Positions 31,470 to 41,899 of a DNA stretch of 64,000 nt are shown piece by piece. The notes under the pieces are model-generated. The model saw nothing but the letters and a program-made list of their open reading frames with translations, was not told where the DNA came from and did not search any database. Every line of letters begins with the position of its first letter. The first letter of the stretch is position 1. A program made the position numbers and the translations under genes. Origin of the DNA: Macrostomum lignano (taxonomy: Eukaryota); assembly GCA_002269645.1 (NCBI GenBank), contig NIVC01000302.1, positions 378,303 through 442,302 of the forward strand, written 5' to 3'.

Positions 31470-32441
31470 TCAGCCCAGAAGGCCCTCCGGAGGCTCCTCT
31501 TCCTGCGACGGCTTCTCCCTTCGGAGCAGCCAGTCAGTCTGAGGCCCCACCGGGCTGCAGCAGAAGCAGCGGGCCATGCTCATGAGCCGCTGGCCGTACA
31601 TGCTCAGCAGGGTGTTCTCCGGGACGCTGCGGTTCCACAGCAGCACCAGCGGGCAGCCAGAGCTGCCAACCCGGCAGCGCCATTGACGCCTGGCTGAGAA
31701 GGCCGGGTCGAAGTCCTCCAGGAAGCGCAGACAAGCGTCCGTGCTCCATTTGGCGTCGCTCTCTAATGAGAACAGCATGTACTTCACCATGCAGCCGGTG
31801 CGCGCCAGGCGGCGCAACATCAGTGCGTCGCGCAGCTTCACGCAGCACCTGGTCTTGTTAACTATGGCCTTGAGAGTTGGCAGATTGCCAAGCAGTTTGG
31901 CTAGCAAGTTTAGGTGGAATACTACACAGAAAATCTGGCGCGACTGGTGCGCAACGAACTGGGGTGGCGACTGGTGTCCAGCATCGTCCTGCGTCAGCTC
32001 GGCCGGCTTCAGCACCAGCAGCAGCCGGTCGGACCATTTTGGCACGGCGCCAAAGTCTGTGCTGCTCGACGGCTGCCGCATGCTGATTCCGTCGTCTTCT
32101 GGCGGCAGCGGCAGGTGCAACGGAAACGCCTGCAGTGGCTGCGGAGGCGGCGGCGGCGGCTGCTGCTGCTGCTGCGTCTGGTTCCAGTTGGCCAGACAGG
32201 CCCCGTTGCCGGAGCAGCCGGAGCTCGAACTGGAACTGTCGCCGACATTCAAGCGACAGGACACGGTGAAACTGCGTCTGTCAGGTCTCGCTGACTGCAG
32301 CTCTGTGGCGTTGATTGGTTCGTTTTTTACTCGGCGATGCAGAACGGCGGCGCTGCAGCCGAGCTCGATGGCCTCCTTCGTTCGCGAATTTCTTCTGCCT
32401 TTACTGCTTGGCATTGCATTGGAATTCTTAGTGCTGATCAT
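31470..32441 (-). CDS. Hypothetical protein, 323 aa, intronless; disordered N-half and Cys-rich, apparently globular C-half
   Basis: Long GC-rich ORF with the same codon style as the neighbouring genes and AT-rich flanks; no family recognised. Confidence 0.7.
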   Translation of the reverse strand: MISTKNSNAMPSSKGRRNSRTKEAIELGCSAAVLHRRVKNEPINATELQSARPDRRSFTVSCRLNVGDSSSSSSGCSGNGACLANWNQTQQQQQPPPPPPQPLQAFPLHLPLPPEDDGISMRQPSSSTDFGAVPKWSDRLLLVLKPAELTQDDAGHQSPPQFVAHQSRQIFCVVFHLNLLAKLLGNLPTLKAIVNKTRCCVKLRDALMLRRLARTGCMVKYMLFSLESDAKWSTDACLRFLEDFDPAFSARRQWRCRVGSSGCPLVLLWNRSVPENTLLSMYGQRLMSMARCFCCSPVGPQTDWLLRREKPSQEEEPPEGLLG

Positions 32442-32873
32442 GGATCCCGTAAATTTTCTATAGCGGTTCTAGTAATATACTCTTACACCCTGATTGTTTT
32501 GCACTGGGTGACAAATGTGCGTGCAATGAATCCTCTATGGTAGCTTTGCTCTCCCAGGATTCAGAACTCAATGTCCATGTCTAACTCTATAGTTTTAGTC
32601 TTAAAGTATACTCGTAGGTCATTTTGCGCCTCAATAATACTCGAAGCTCTTCATGACTCAACCCTCGTGGTCGAGCAGACTCAGCGAAAATACTACTTAT
32701 CGCAAGCCAACTCAAAATAGGCCAACCTGGGGATTGAAATTAAAAAAAACAGGAATTGTCTATGGCCAATAGAAAGCTAACAAATAACTTCAGTCTACTC
32801 GGGGGACCTTCGAAATCCATGCAGCATTGACAGTCGGTTTAAATACGGACTTAAACAGTTTTCCTGCCAGCCC

Positions 32874-33158
32874 ATGTCTTCCATACCTTGGCCACCCGAA
32901 GCAGCGGCCCTGGTTGCGGCTACTAGGAGGGCCTATCAGCGGTGGACTGCGCACCTGATGCACAGCAATGCCTTCTCCTTGTCGCGGTCCGAACTGGAAG
33001 ACGAGTCGCTGGACCCAAATAGCAATAATACTAATAGTAATTATTATTATTGCCATTATTATTTGCAGCCAAGAGAGCGTAAGGCGTTGAAACGGCCATT
33101 GAGCGATTCCGATTTGGAGTTGGCGGCAGTTGGCGGCAAGCGAGCCGCTCGAGAATGA
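32874..33158 (+). CDS. Small hypothetical protein, 94 aa
   Basis: GC-rich ORF; ttttcctgccag acceptor-like site 3 nt before the ATG; KRP..KR basic motif; no family recognised. Confidence 0.45.
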   Translation: MSSIPWPPEAAALVAATRRAYQRWTAHLMHSNAFSLSRSELEDESLDPNSNNTNSNYYYCHYYLQPRERKALKRPLSDSDLELAAVGGKRAARE

Positions 33159-33639
33159 CTGCTGCGAGTAAAGCTTCACTGCTTAGCGTCAGGCTGAGAC
33201 AGAAACTAGACTGTGTTTTGTTATTGAAAACAACCCGGTCTACTTAATTGCACTACTGCCGCCTATTCAAGTAGTGCGTTTAGTGATTTAGCGTTTTTTT
33301 TACTTGTCGATCATTTTCCGTGATTTCTCTGCACTTGACCACAGCTCTAGACAGACAGAATTTGCGCTACAGCCTATTTGATCCGCTTCTATAAAGGCAC
33401 TGCGTACAAAGGTTGAATTCATTTATTGTTTGTTATTTTTACTTTGAGACGACCTTATTCGTTTAACCCGCATCTACAAGTGTATTATTTCATTTCTGTG
33501 TGCCATGCACAGGTCTAAAATAAATGTATTTTCAAGCTGAAAAGCGTGAATTTTATCAACTCTGCGCTTCTCACACTCGTCTGCTGTGCTGGCTATATAA
33601 TAGTTCATTTAGATATTCTCAGCTTGGGCGGCTCATGCA

Positions 33640-33870
33640 CTGCATCATGCACTGCATCATGCACTGCATCATTCACGAATCATTCACGAATCATTCCCTG
33701 CATCATTCCCGAATCATTCCCTGCATCATTCACGAAACATTCCCTGCATCATGCACTGCATCATTCCCTGCATCATACACTGCATCATTCACGAATCATT
33801 CCCTGCATCATACACTGCATCATTCCCGAATCATTCCCTGCATCATGCACTGCATCATTCCCCATCATTC
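33640..33870. repeat. Short-unit (12-23 bp) cattccctgcatcat / catgcactgcat tandem repeat
   Basis: Direct inspection. Confidence 0.88.
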
Positions 33871-34035
33871 CCCCCTCTCCATTGCCTGCACAGTTCCTGC
33901 CTCCACAACCCTCTCAGGTCAGATTTAAAGCATACGCAGGAATGCCAGAATGAGCAGCCTATTGGGGATCTCAGCGAGTCTGCTGTGCTGGCGACCTGTA
34001 CGCTCGCATTCGTACAAAAATCAGCTTTCAGTTTT

Positions 34036-34746
34036 TCACACTGCAAACTCGTTGCCGACCTCGCAGACAGGCGGCGGCCGCTGAATCGTATTGGCGCGGA
34101 CCAGCGCCGGCCCCGGCTCCCGGATGGTCACCCGCTTGACAGCGGCGCCAGGCTTCTTCGCCTGCGGCGGAGCGTACAGGTGCGCCTGGAAGACCTCCTT
34201 GGGCGGTGGAGGTGGCGGCGAAGGCGGAGCCGAAGGCTGCGGTCTCGGCGGCAGCGGCGTCGTCAGATCTCGCAGCCGGCGCCGCTCCTCCAGGCACTCG
34301 ATCCAGCCAAGCCGGAACTTCCTGTCCAGATGGGCGGCCTCGTTGTGCGCCGAGAACGCGTCACGACGCCGGCGTCGGGCAAGGCGCTGCAGCTTCTCGG
34401 CACCCCCGTCGTCTGCTAGGAGACGCACCGCGGCAGCCGAGTGGGTCTGCTGACTGTGGCCGCAGCGCCAGGCCGGTGGGTACACCGAGCCGGGCGAATA
34501 GTTGGAGTTGAACTGCTGGCTCAGCTGCCTGTAGCCGCTGCTCAGCTGGTCTGGCGAGGCTGCTGGCGATGAGGCTCCGGATGCTGAGGCCACCGCCGCC
34601 GCCACCGGCGCTTGTCGAGTTTGCGTCAACGTCGAGCCCAACAGCAGCAGCTGACGGCAGCGGGCGCGGCCGCCAAACTTTGCCTGAATGTTCAACGGCA
34701 AGCGGCTCAACAGAGCCTCAGATTGAGCCGCTGCATCAGCTGACAT
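34036..34746 (-). CDS. Hypothetical protein, 236 aa, intronless; Arg-rich helical core plus Pro-rich tail
   Basis: GC-rich ORF with genic codon style bounded by AT-rich flanks; no family recognised. Confidence 0.65.
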   Translation of the reverse strand: MSADAAAQSEALLSRLPLNIQAKFGGRARCRQLLLLGSTLTQTRQAPVAAAVASASGASSPAASPDQLSSGYRQLSQQFNSNYSPGSVYPPAWRCGHSQQTHSAAAVRLLADDGGAEKLQRLARRRRRDAFSAHNEAAHLDRKFRLGWIECLEERRRLRDLTTPLPPRPQPSAPPSPPPPPPKEVFQAHLYAPPQAKKPGAAVKRVTIREPGPALVRANTIQRPPPVCEVGNEFAV

Positions 34747-35072
34747 GTCGCTCTACCTGCTCAGAACGGCAAGCTGCTGACGTGACAACACTGCGGCACT
34801 GCACAGTGCGATGTTTATTTATTCATTTATTAATGCATTCAATCCATGCACTCATTCCGTATGCATGGGCTGCTTGTATTAGTTCGCGCGTACCTGTGTT
34901 ATTAATATTTTAACTGGCGTCCGTCGCTATGGATTGTCAATAGACAGAAGGTTCCTGCCTGATTTTGATTGCCAGAGCTGTCTTATTTACAGTATGCTGG
35001 TACATTATTTACCGCTAATGTAACAAGTATATTATGTATTTATTGATTTACATGTACATGTATAGGAGGAAT

Positions 35073-35118
35073 GATCTATCTATTTATCTATCTACCTATC
35101 TGTCTATCTATCTGTCTG

Positions 35119-35181
<63 letters not shown>

Positions 35182-35182
35182 G

Positions 35183-35280
<98 letters not shown>

Positions 35281-35281
35281 A
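35073..35281. repeat. (TATC)n microsatellite
   Basis: Near-perfect tetranucleotide run. Confidence 0.98.
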
Positions 35282-36054
35282 CTTCACACATCAACATGGT
35301 ATAATAAAGCCACTTTATAATGTTGCAACTTTAATCAGCTTGAGTAGTAAAATCATTAATTAGTAATAATAGCAACTATTACAACACATCAGGAGACAAT
35401 ATTATATTTTGCATAGCAGGCATGATTTGAAATCTTTAATAAACTGTTGAATTAGCAATCAATCAAAGCGTTACATATTTTAGCACAAATATAGCATTAA
35501 TACGATTCCAGAACTATTTCAAGTAGACAATAACAATTAACAGTCGATACTGCGGAATTCTTGATAAATTGATCGCATAAAACAGCAACAGGAAGGGACA
35601 AAAGATAATCAAAGTGAAAGGCATGTGAAAAAATCCACTTCTCATAGCAGAAATCTACAGCGCCCGGTTAGTCTGTATTTACAGCATGCCAGAGTACTTT
35701 TCTATTTCGTGTGTTCGAAAATTTAAACGTTTTTTTAAAAAGTTCGAATGATAAACTTCAAATTTACAGCATTTTTTTACAATAACTGATATTCATTAGC
35801 GCCATATTCAGGTTATTCTACTCTATTGGCTTAGCACAAGTAGTATTTTTTATAACAGAAACAGAAACTCTGACAGTCTGACAGAAAAAAACAGGAAAAT
35901 TTGGAAGGCGGATCAAAAATATTGATGATGATGAGATTCTGGGTTGGAGCCAAGTTGTCTGGTTAATCAGGATTCTTTATCTTAGTTTGAGCAGCTCGGA
36001 GTCTGCAGTGATTTTTGCTTTTTTAGATTTAAATTCTTAATATACCATAGAGGA

Positions 36055-37210
36055 TATCCTACAGTCTATAGATTATCCCTACACTATAGATGATTCCCTA
36101 CATTCTATAGATGATTCCCTACATTCTATAGATGATTCCCTACACTATAGATGATTCCCTACATTCTATAGATGATCCCTACACTATAGATGATTCCCTA
36201 CATTCTATAGATGATTCCCTACATTCTATAGATGATTCCCTACATTCTATAGATGATTCCCTACACTATAGATGATTCCCTACATTCTATAGATGATTCC
36301 CTACACTATAGATGATCCCTACACTATAGATGATTCCCTACATTCTATAGATGATTCCCTACACTATAGATGATTCCCTACACTATAGATGATCCCTACA
36401 CTATAGATGATTCCCTACATTCTATAGATGATTCCCTACACTATAGATGATTCCCTACATTCTATAAATGATTCCCTACATTCTATAGATGATTCCCTAC
36501 ACTATAGATGATTCCCTACATTCTATAGATGATCCCTACACTATAGATGATTCCCTACATTCTATAGATGATTCCCTACACTATAGATGATTCCCTACAT
36601 TCTATAGATGATTCCCTACACTATAGATGATTCCCTACATTCTATAGATGATCCCTACACTATAGATGATTCCCTACATTCTATAGATGATTCCCTACAC
36701 TATAGATGATTCCCTAAATTCTATAGATGATTCCCTACATTCTATAGATGATTCCCTACACTATAGATGATTCCCTACATTCTATAGATGATTCCCTACA
36801 CTATAGATTATTCCCTACACTATAGATGATCCCTACACTATAGATGATTCCCTACATTCTATAGATGATTCCCTACACTATAGATTATTCCCTACACTAT
36901 AGATTATTCCCTACATTCTATAGATGATTCCCTACATTCTATAGATGATTCCCTACATTCTATAGATGATTCCCTACACTATAGATTATTCCCTACACTA
37001 TAGATGATTCCCTACACTATAGATGATTCCCTACATTCTATAGATTATTCCCTACACTCTTTAGATGATTCTCTTCATTCTACAGATGATTCTCTACACT
37101 CTAAAGACGTTTCCCTACATTCTATAGATTCCCTACATTTTATAGACAATTCCCTACACTCTATAGATGACTCCCTACTCTATAGATTATTCCCTACATT
37201 CTATAGACAA
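36055..37210. repeat. 19-21-bp minisatellite (tatagatgattccctacattc)n
   Basis: Direct tandem array. Confidence 0.97.
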
Positions 37211-37873
37211 TTACTTCGAATCTATACCCAATTAAAACGGTACCTCAGGCCAAGAAGCGTCCCAGAGTCACCTGCGTCACGCCATAGTCGTTTCAGATAA
37301 CAGGTAAAATAAGAAAGAAGTGACTCTACTCGACTCTAAAACGACAAGATTTCACGGTACAAGTAGTCAAAGAGTCGCCTGAAAGTCAATCTGAGGCATT
37401 TTATTGCCTGCGACTCCGAAACGACTCTGGGGCGGTGGAGTCGCTGTAAAATAACAAGCAGAGTTTCGTCTAAAGCGCATCTGCGTTACTTTATGAATTA
37501 AAATCGTATTTTGTATTTATAACAACACTCTATTTAGTCTACTTGAGTTAGTAGAAAGTAAAGCGTTAATACAGCGACTTTGGACGACTTTTTCGCGACT
37601 CAACAGTCGCCTCTCCGCCTCTTGTTTGTAATGACTCCTTAGCGATTATTGTAACTGTAACGTTTTCAACGGGTACAGTTGATGCAATCGAGTGTATCGA
37701 TAATTTCTTTAGATTCTATAGACGATTACTTCAATCCTAAAACAGGATTTCTTCCAAATAAATATAAAACTCTTGGATAAAGGATTCTTCAGCACACAGT
37801 CTAGCAGACATTAGCTAATGAACAGAGTCAGCAGCCAGCATACATAGTTATGTCTATACACAGCTTCCCCAGC

Positions 37874-38785
37874 TCAGGCCATCTCGCCAGTCCGTCTCAG
37901 CAGAGTCACCTGGTCCTGAATCTGGCCAGCAAGCACCCGGGACAGAAATATAGCTGTCAGCTGCACTACAGACACTCCGATAGCCACCCCGGCCACTGGC
38001 AGTACATTCTTTTCAACGTATTTCCTAGTGGCAGCCACACAGCCGATAGTCCAGATTCGGTCGTCTGGCTGTTCAGTCTGCGCCATGACATTATAGCCGC
38101 ACATTGTGTTAATCACTCGATCGTCAATGTCGTTCATCTTTTTGCAGCAGGAGAACGGCACCCCGCAGCGCTCCGGGCTGGTGTTATTTGATGTACAGGC
38201 GAAGTACTTGTTCTCGCTCCAATCTTTATATGAGGCCGCACCGCAGCAGGCCAGGTTTTTGTGATAACAATCTATGAAATTCTGCGTGTCCTCATAGCGC
38301 TCCTCTCTGTACATAGTGATCATATTGGTCTTGAGCACTGTCTCCATGTACTCAATAGCCCGTTCTTTCAACGCGAACACGGCTATAGCGGCCGAGCATT
38401 CAATTAGGAATATGACAAACAAGGACAGGGCAAAGAATTTCAACAGGCAGACATTGTCGCGAAGCGAGCCCAGACAACCGGCGAAGGTCAGCAAGAAAAC
38501 GATTGCGCCGAACGCAATAAATACCAGGGTTGCATCGAACAGCACGCTGAACACGTCTTGAACTCCGCCATTGTCGGAGGCGAATGCGTCCTTCTTCATC
38601 GCGGTGGCGATAATGCCGATAGCTAGGATGCCAGTGCCCGCCAGCCAGAATATGAAGTTGAAAAAGAACAGCGCGTACTTTATACAAGGATTGACAAAAT
38701 TTGTGCGACGGCCAGCTGGTCGAAGTCCCGCTGCGGAGGAGGACGCGGCTGCGCCAGCGCTGCGACGATTCGACTTGCCAGCCAT
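37874..38785 (-). CDS. Tetraspanin, TspanC8 subfamily (TSPAN5/14/17/33-like), 303 aa, intronless
   Basis: Four TM segments, CIKYALFFFNFIFW, AGCLGSLRDN, CCG, NKYFAC, ERCGVPFSCC, INTMCGY, IWTIGC. Confidence 0.93.
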   Translation of the reverse strand: MAGKSNRRSAGAAASSSAAGLRPAGRRTNFVNPCIKYALFFFNFIFWLAGTGILAIGIIATAMKKDAFASDNGGVQDVFSVLFDATLVFIAFGAIVFLLTFAGCLGSLRDNVCLLKFFALSLFVIFLIECSAAIAVFALKERAIEYMETVLKTNMITMYREERYEDTQNFIDCYHKNLACCGAASYKDWSENKYFACTSNNTSPERCGVPFSCCKKMNDIDDRVINTMCGYNVMAQTEQPDDRIWTIGCVAATRKYVEKNVLPVAGVAIGVSVVQLTAIFLSRVLAGQIQDQVTLLRRTGEMA

Positions 38786-38861
38786 TGGGTGGTGCCTGTC
38801 GTTGCTGTCAGCTGTTGGCGATGCCGCTGGTCGTGCTATGCAATGGGATATGGGATCAGAG

Positions 38862-40280
38862 TGAGTCTATGACCTGCTGAGTGAGTCTATAACCTGCTGA
38901 GTGAGTCTATGACCTGCTGAGTGAGTCTATGACCTGCTGAGTGAGTCTGTGACCTGCTAAGTGAGTCTGTGACCTGCTGAGTGAGTCTATGACCTGCTGA
39001 GTGAGTCTATGACCTGCTGAGTGAGTCTATGACCTGCTGAGTGAGTCTATGACCTGCTGAGTGAGTCTGTGACCTGCTGACTGAGTCTGTGACCTGCTGA
39101 GTGAGTCTGTGACCTGTTGAGTGAGTCTGTGACCTGCTGAGTGAGTCTGTCACCTGCTGAGTGAGTCTGTGACCTGGTGAGTGAGTCTGTGACCTGCTAA
39201 GTGAGTCTGTGACCTGCTGAGTGAGTCTATAATCTGCTGAGTGAGTCTGTGACCTGCTGAGTGAGTCTGTGACCTGCTGAGTGAGTCTATAACCTGCTGA
39301 GTGAGTCTGTGACCTGCTGACTGAGTCTGTGACCTGCTGAGTGAGTCTGTGACCTGTTGAGTGAGTCTGTGACCTGCTGAGTGAGTCTGTCACCTGCTAA
39401 GTGAGTCTGTGACCTGGTGAGTGAGTCTGTGACCTGCTAAGTGAGTCTGTGACCTGCTGAGAGAGTCTATGACCTGCTGAGTGAGTCTATGACCTGCTGA
39501 GTGAGTCTGTGACCTGCTGAGTGAGTCTGTGACCTGTTGAGTGAGTCTGTGACCTGCTGAGTAAGTCTGTGACCTGCTAAGTGAGTCTGTGACCTGCTGA
39601 GTAAGTCTGTGACCTGCTAAGTGAGTCTGTGACCTGCTGAGTGAGTCTATGACCTGCTGAGTGAGTCTATGACCTGCTGAGTGAGTCTATGACCTGCTGA
39701 GTGAGTCTGTGACCTGCTGAGTGAGTCTATGACCTGCTGAGTGAGTCTATGACCTACTGAGTGAGTCTGTGACCTGCTGAGTGAGTCTGTGACCTGCTGA
39801 GTGAGTCTATGACCTGCTGACTGAGTCTGTGACCTGCTGGGTGAGCCTATGACCTTCTGAGTGAGATTACGAACTGCTGAGTGAGTCTTTAAACTGCTGG
39901 GTGAGCCTATGACCTGCTGAGTGAGTCTGTGACCTGCTAAGTGAGTCTTTAAACTGCTGGTTGAGCCTATGACCTGCTGAGTGAGATTACGAACTGCTGA
40001 GTGAGTCTGTGATCTGCTGAGTCAGTCTGTGACCTGCTGACTGAGTCTATGAACTGCTGAGTGAGTCTATGACCTGCTGAGTGAGTCTGTGACCTGCTGA
40101 GTAAGTCTGTGACCTGGTGAGTGAGTCTGTGACCTGGTGAGTGAGTCTTTAAACTGCTGGGTGAGCCTATGACCTGCTGAGTCAGTCTGTGACCGAATGA
40201 GCTGATGAGTGATTGTGTGAATGATGAGTGAGTCTATGACTTGCAGCGTGAGTCTATGACCTGTTGAGTGAGTCTATGAA
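38862..40280. repeat. 20-bp minisatellite (gtgagtctgtgacctgctga)n in the BRCC3-tetraspanin spacer
   Basis: Direct tandem array, degenerating toward 40.2 kb. Confidence 0.97.
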
Positions 40281-41098
40281 CTTGAGTGTGCCTAATCTTC
40301 AATCAATCTATCCAACAGACATTTCCAACGTTAAAAAACCTAAGCAAGTTTGTTTTCAAAGATAAAAAACTAATAAAAATGGTACCTTAGAATACAGCAA
40401 GCAACGATTGATTGATTATATTTGTTGCAAACAAAGGGATTAAAGTATTACACTTAACAAAACCCTCTTTAACTTTTCTAATAAGCATATACAATTATAC
40501 TCATCTTAAAACATTCAGTACAGCATATGAGAATGCACAAAAGACATGTGCGCAGAACATACAGGTACTAGTAGGTACAAAGTTTCTGAATGCCCTTGAT
40601 GTGAGAAAGACAAAAAATAGATTAAATCATCATTCAAACCACTGTTGTATAGACGCCGGACACAGATGGAGATTGCTCAAAATATAAGGGAGAACACATT
40701 ACAATGGCCTTAGTAATTAAAAATCTAAACGGTTTTTTAAACAATTCTCAACGAACCGGTTACTAATGGCAGCCGGGCCTCAAAAAACGATTTTTTATTA
40801 ACTATTCAACATTTGGCACCATCATCTGCTTCGCTGAAACTATCAAGCGCGGTGTACATACTAACTGTTAGCAGGCAGCAGTGGAACATAGGAAAATTAT
40901 ATGCTGTTGCTTCACATCAGCCTACTATAGTGAGTAGAAAGTGTCGATTTTTCTAAGAATTTTACTAAAAAAAGCTTTTTGCACTCTTTCTTCAAATTTG
41001 TTGCCTCGATCAGTACTTTCTACTGTTATCAGTAGGCAGATTCAGAACAATAGGTTTTTAAATATTTTCCAGTCTCAAAACGGATACAATCGGTCCAT

Positions 41099-41899
41099 CT
41101 AGGCCTGGTCGACGCACCGATCTCGGGCCACTTGAATCAGCGGCCAGATCAGCCTATCAACAATTGAGCCAACGTTGCAAGCATAAGCGCAGGCGGGGGC
41201 CAATTCAACAACGCTATCGCTGCTATTAGACGATGAAGCTGTTGCTTTCTGATTACTTTTGGGTTGCTGCTGCTGCTCAAACTCTCGCTGCTCCTCTTCG
41301 AACAGCAGGCGAGGCAGCGCCACCACGCCTGCGGCATTCTCGGCAGCGGACACGGCGGTGGCGGCGGCGGCATCCGGAGAGGTGGCGCAGTGCGGCGGCC
41401 GGACTCGCATAGGTATGTAGGCGCACGAGCCGCGGACATTTTGAAAGCACAGGGCCTGGCAACGCTGGCCCCGTTCATGACCGCTATAGACGGCGAATAT
41501 TAATCCTACAAATGATTCGGCCAGCTGCTGGTAGCTCAGCTGAGTAGCCAGATCTACATGGCTGGGCAGGGCTGTGATGTGCGGATGGCTGTGGTACCAG
41601 CCAACTACACGGACAGTGCGGCCCAGCTGAGCTGTGAGCTCATCGGCCCGCTGGGTGGCCGCAACCAGCTGGTCTGGCTCAATTTCAACTCGATCTTTGC
41701 GCTTGTCAACTCGCAGCAGCGGCAAAAAGGCCAGGATTTCCAAATTGACGCCGCCAACAGCATCGCCAGCCGCTGATTGCAGCTCTTCGCCAAGGCAAAG
41801 GCCCATGATCTCTTCATTCTCGGTGACCATGGCGTGAGTCAGGCAGCCCCAATAGGCCACCCAGTCAAGGGACACCCGGTCTACCACTGGTAGATGAGA
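41099..41899 (-). CDS. BRCC3: BRCC36 K63-specific JAMM/MPN+ deubiquitinase; single coding exon with no genomic ATG before the conserved N-terminus
   Basis: CLTHAMVTENEEIMGLCLGE, VEIEPDQL, RVVGWYHSHPHITALPSHVDL (HxHx7Sx2D), FVGLIF. The ORF-track start at 41887 is GTG; the start given here is the in-frame acceptor at 41899. Confidence 0.92.
   Translation of the reverse strand, partial: SHLPVVDRVSLDWVAYWGCLTHAMVTENEEIMGLCLGEELQSAAGDAVGGVNLEILAFLPLLRVDKRKDRVEIEPDQLVAATQRADELTAQLGRTVRVVGWYHSHPHITALPSHVDLATQLSYQQLAESFVGLIFAVYSGHERGQRCQALCFQNVRGSCAYIPMRVRPPHCATSPDAAAATAVSAAENAAGVVALPRLLFEEEQREFEQQQQPKSNQKATASSSNSSDSVVELAPACAYACNVGSIVDRLIWPLIQVARDRCVDQA

Noticed and set aside
31741-32463. 240-aa + strand ORF and other overlapping ORFs in GC-rich exons (e.g. 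24216-24692, 26714-27181, 34091-34453)
   Set aside because: Antisense or alternative-frame shadows of the called genes.
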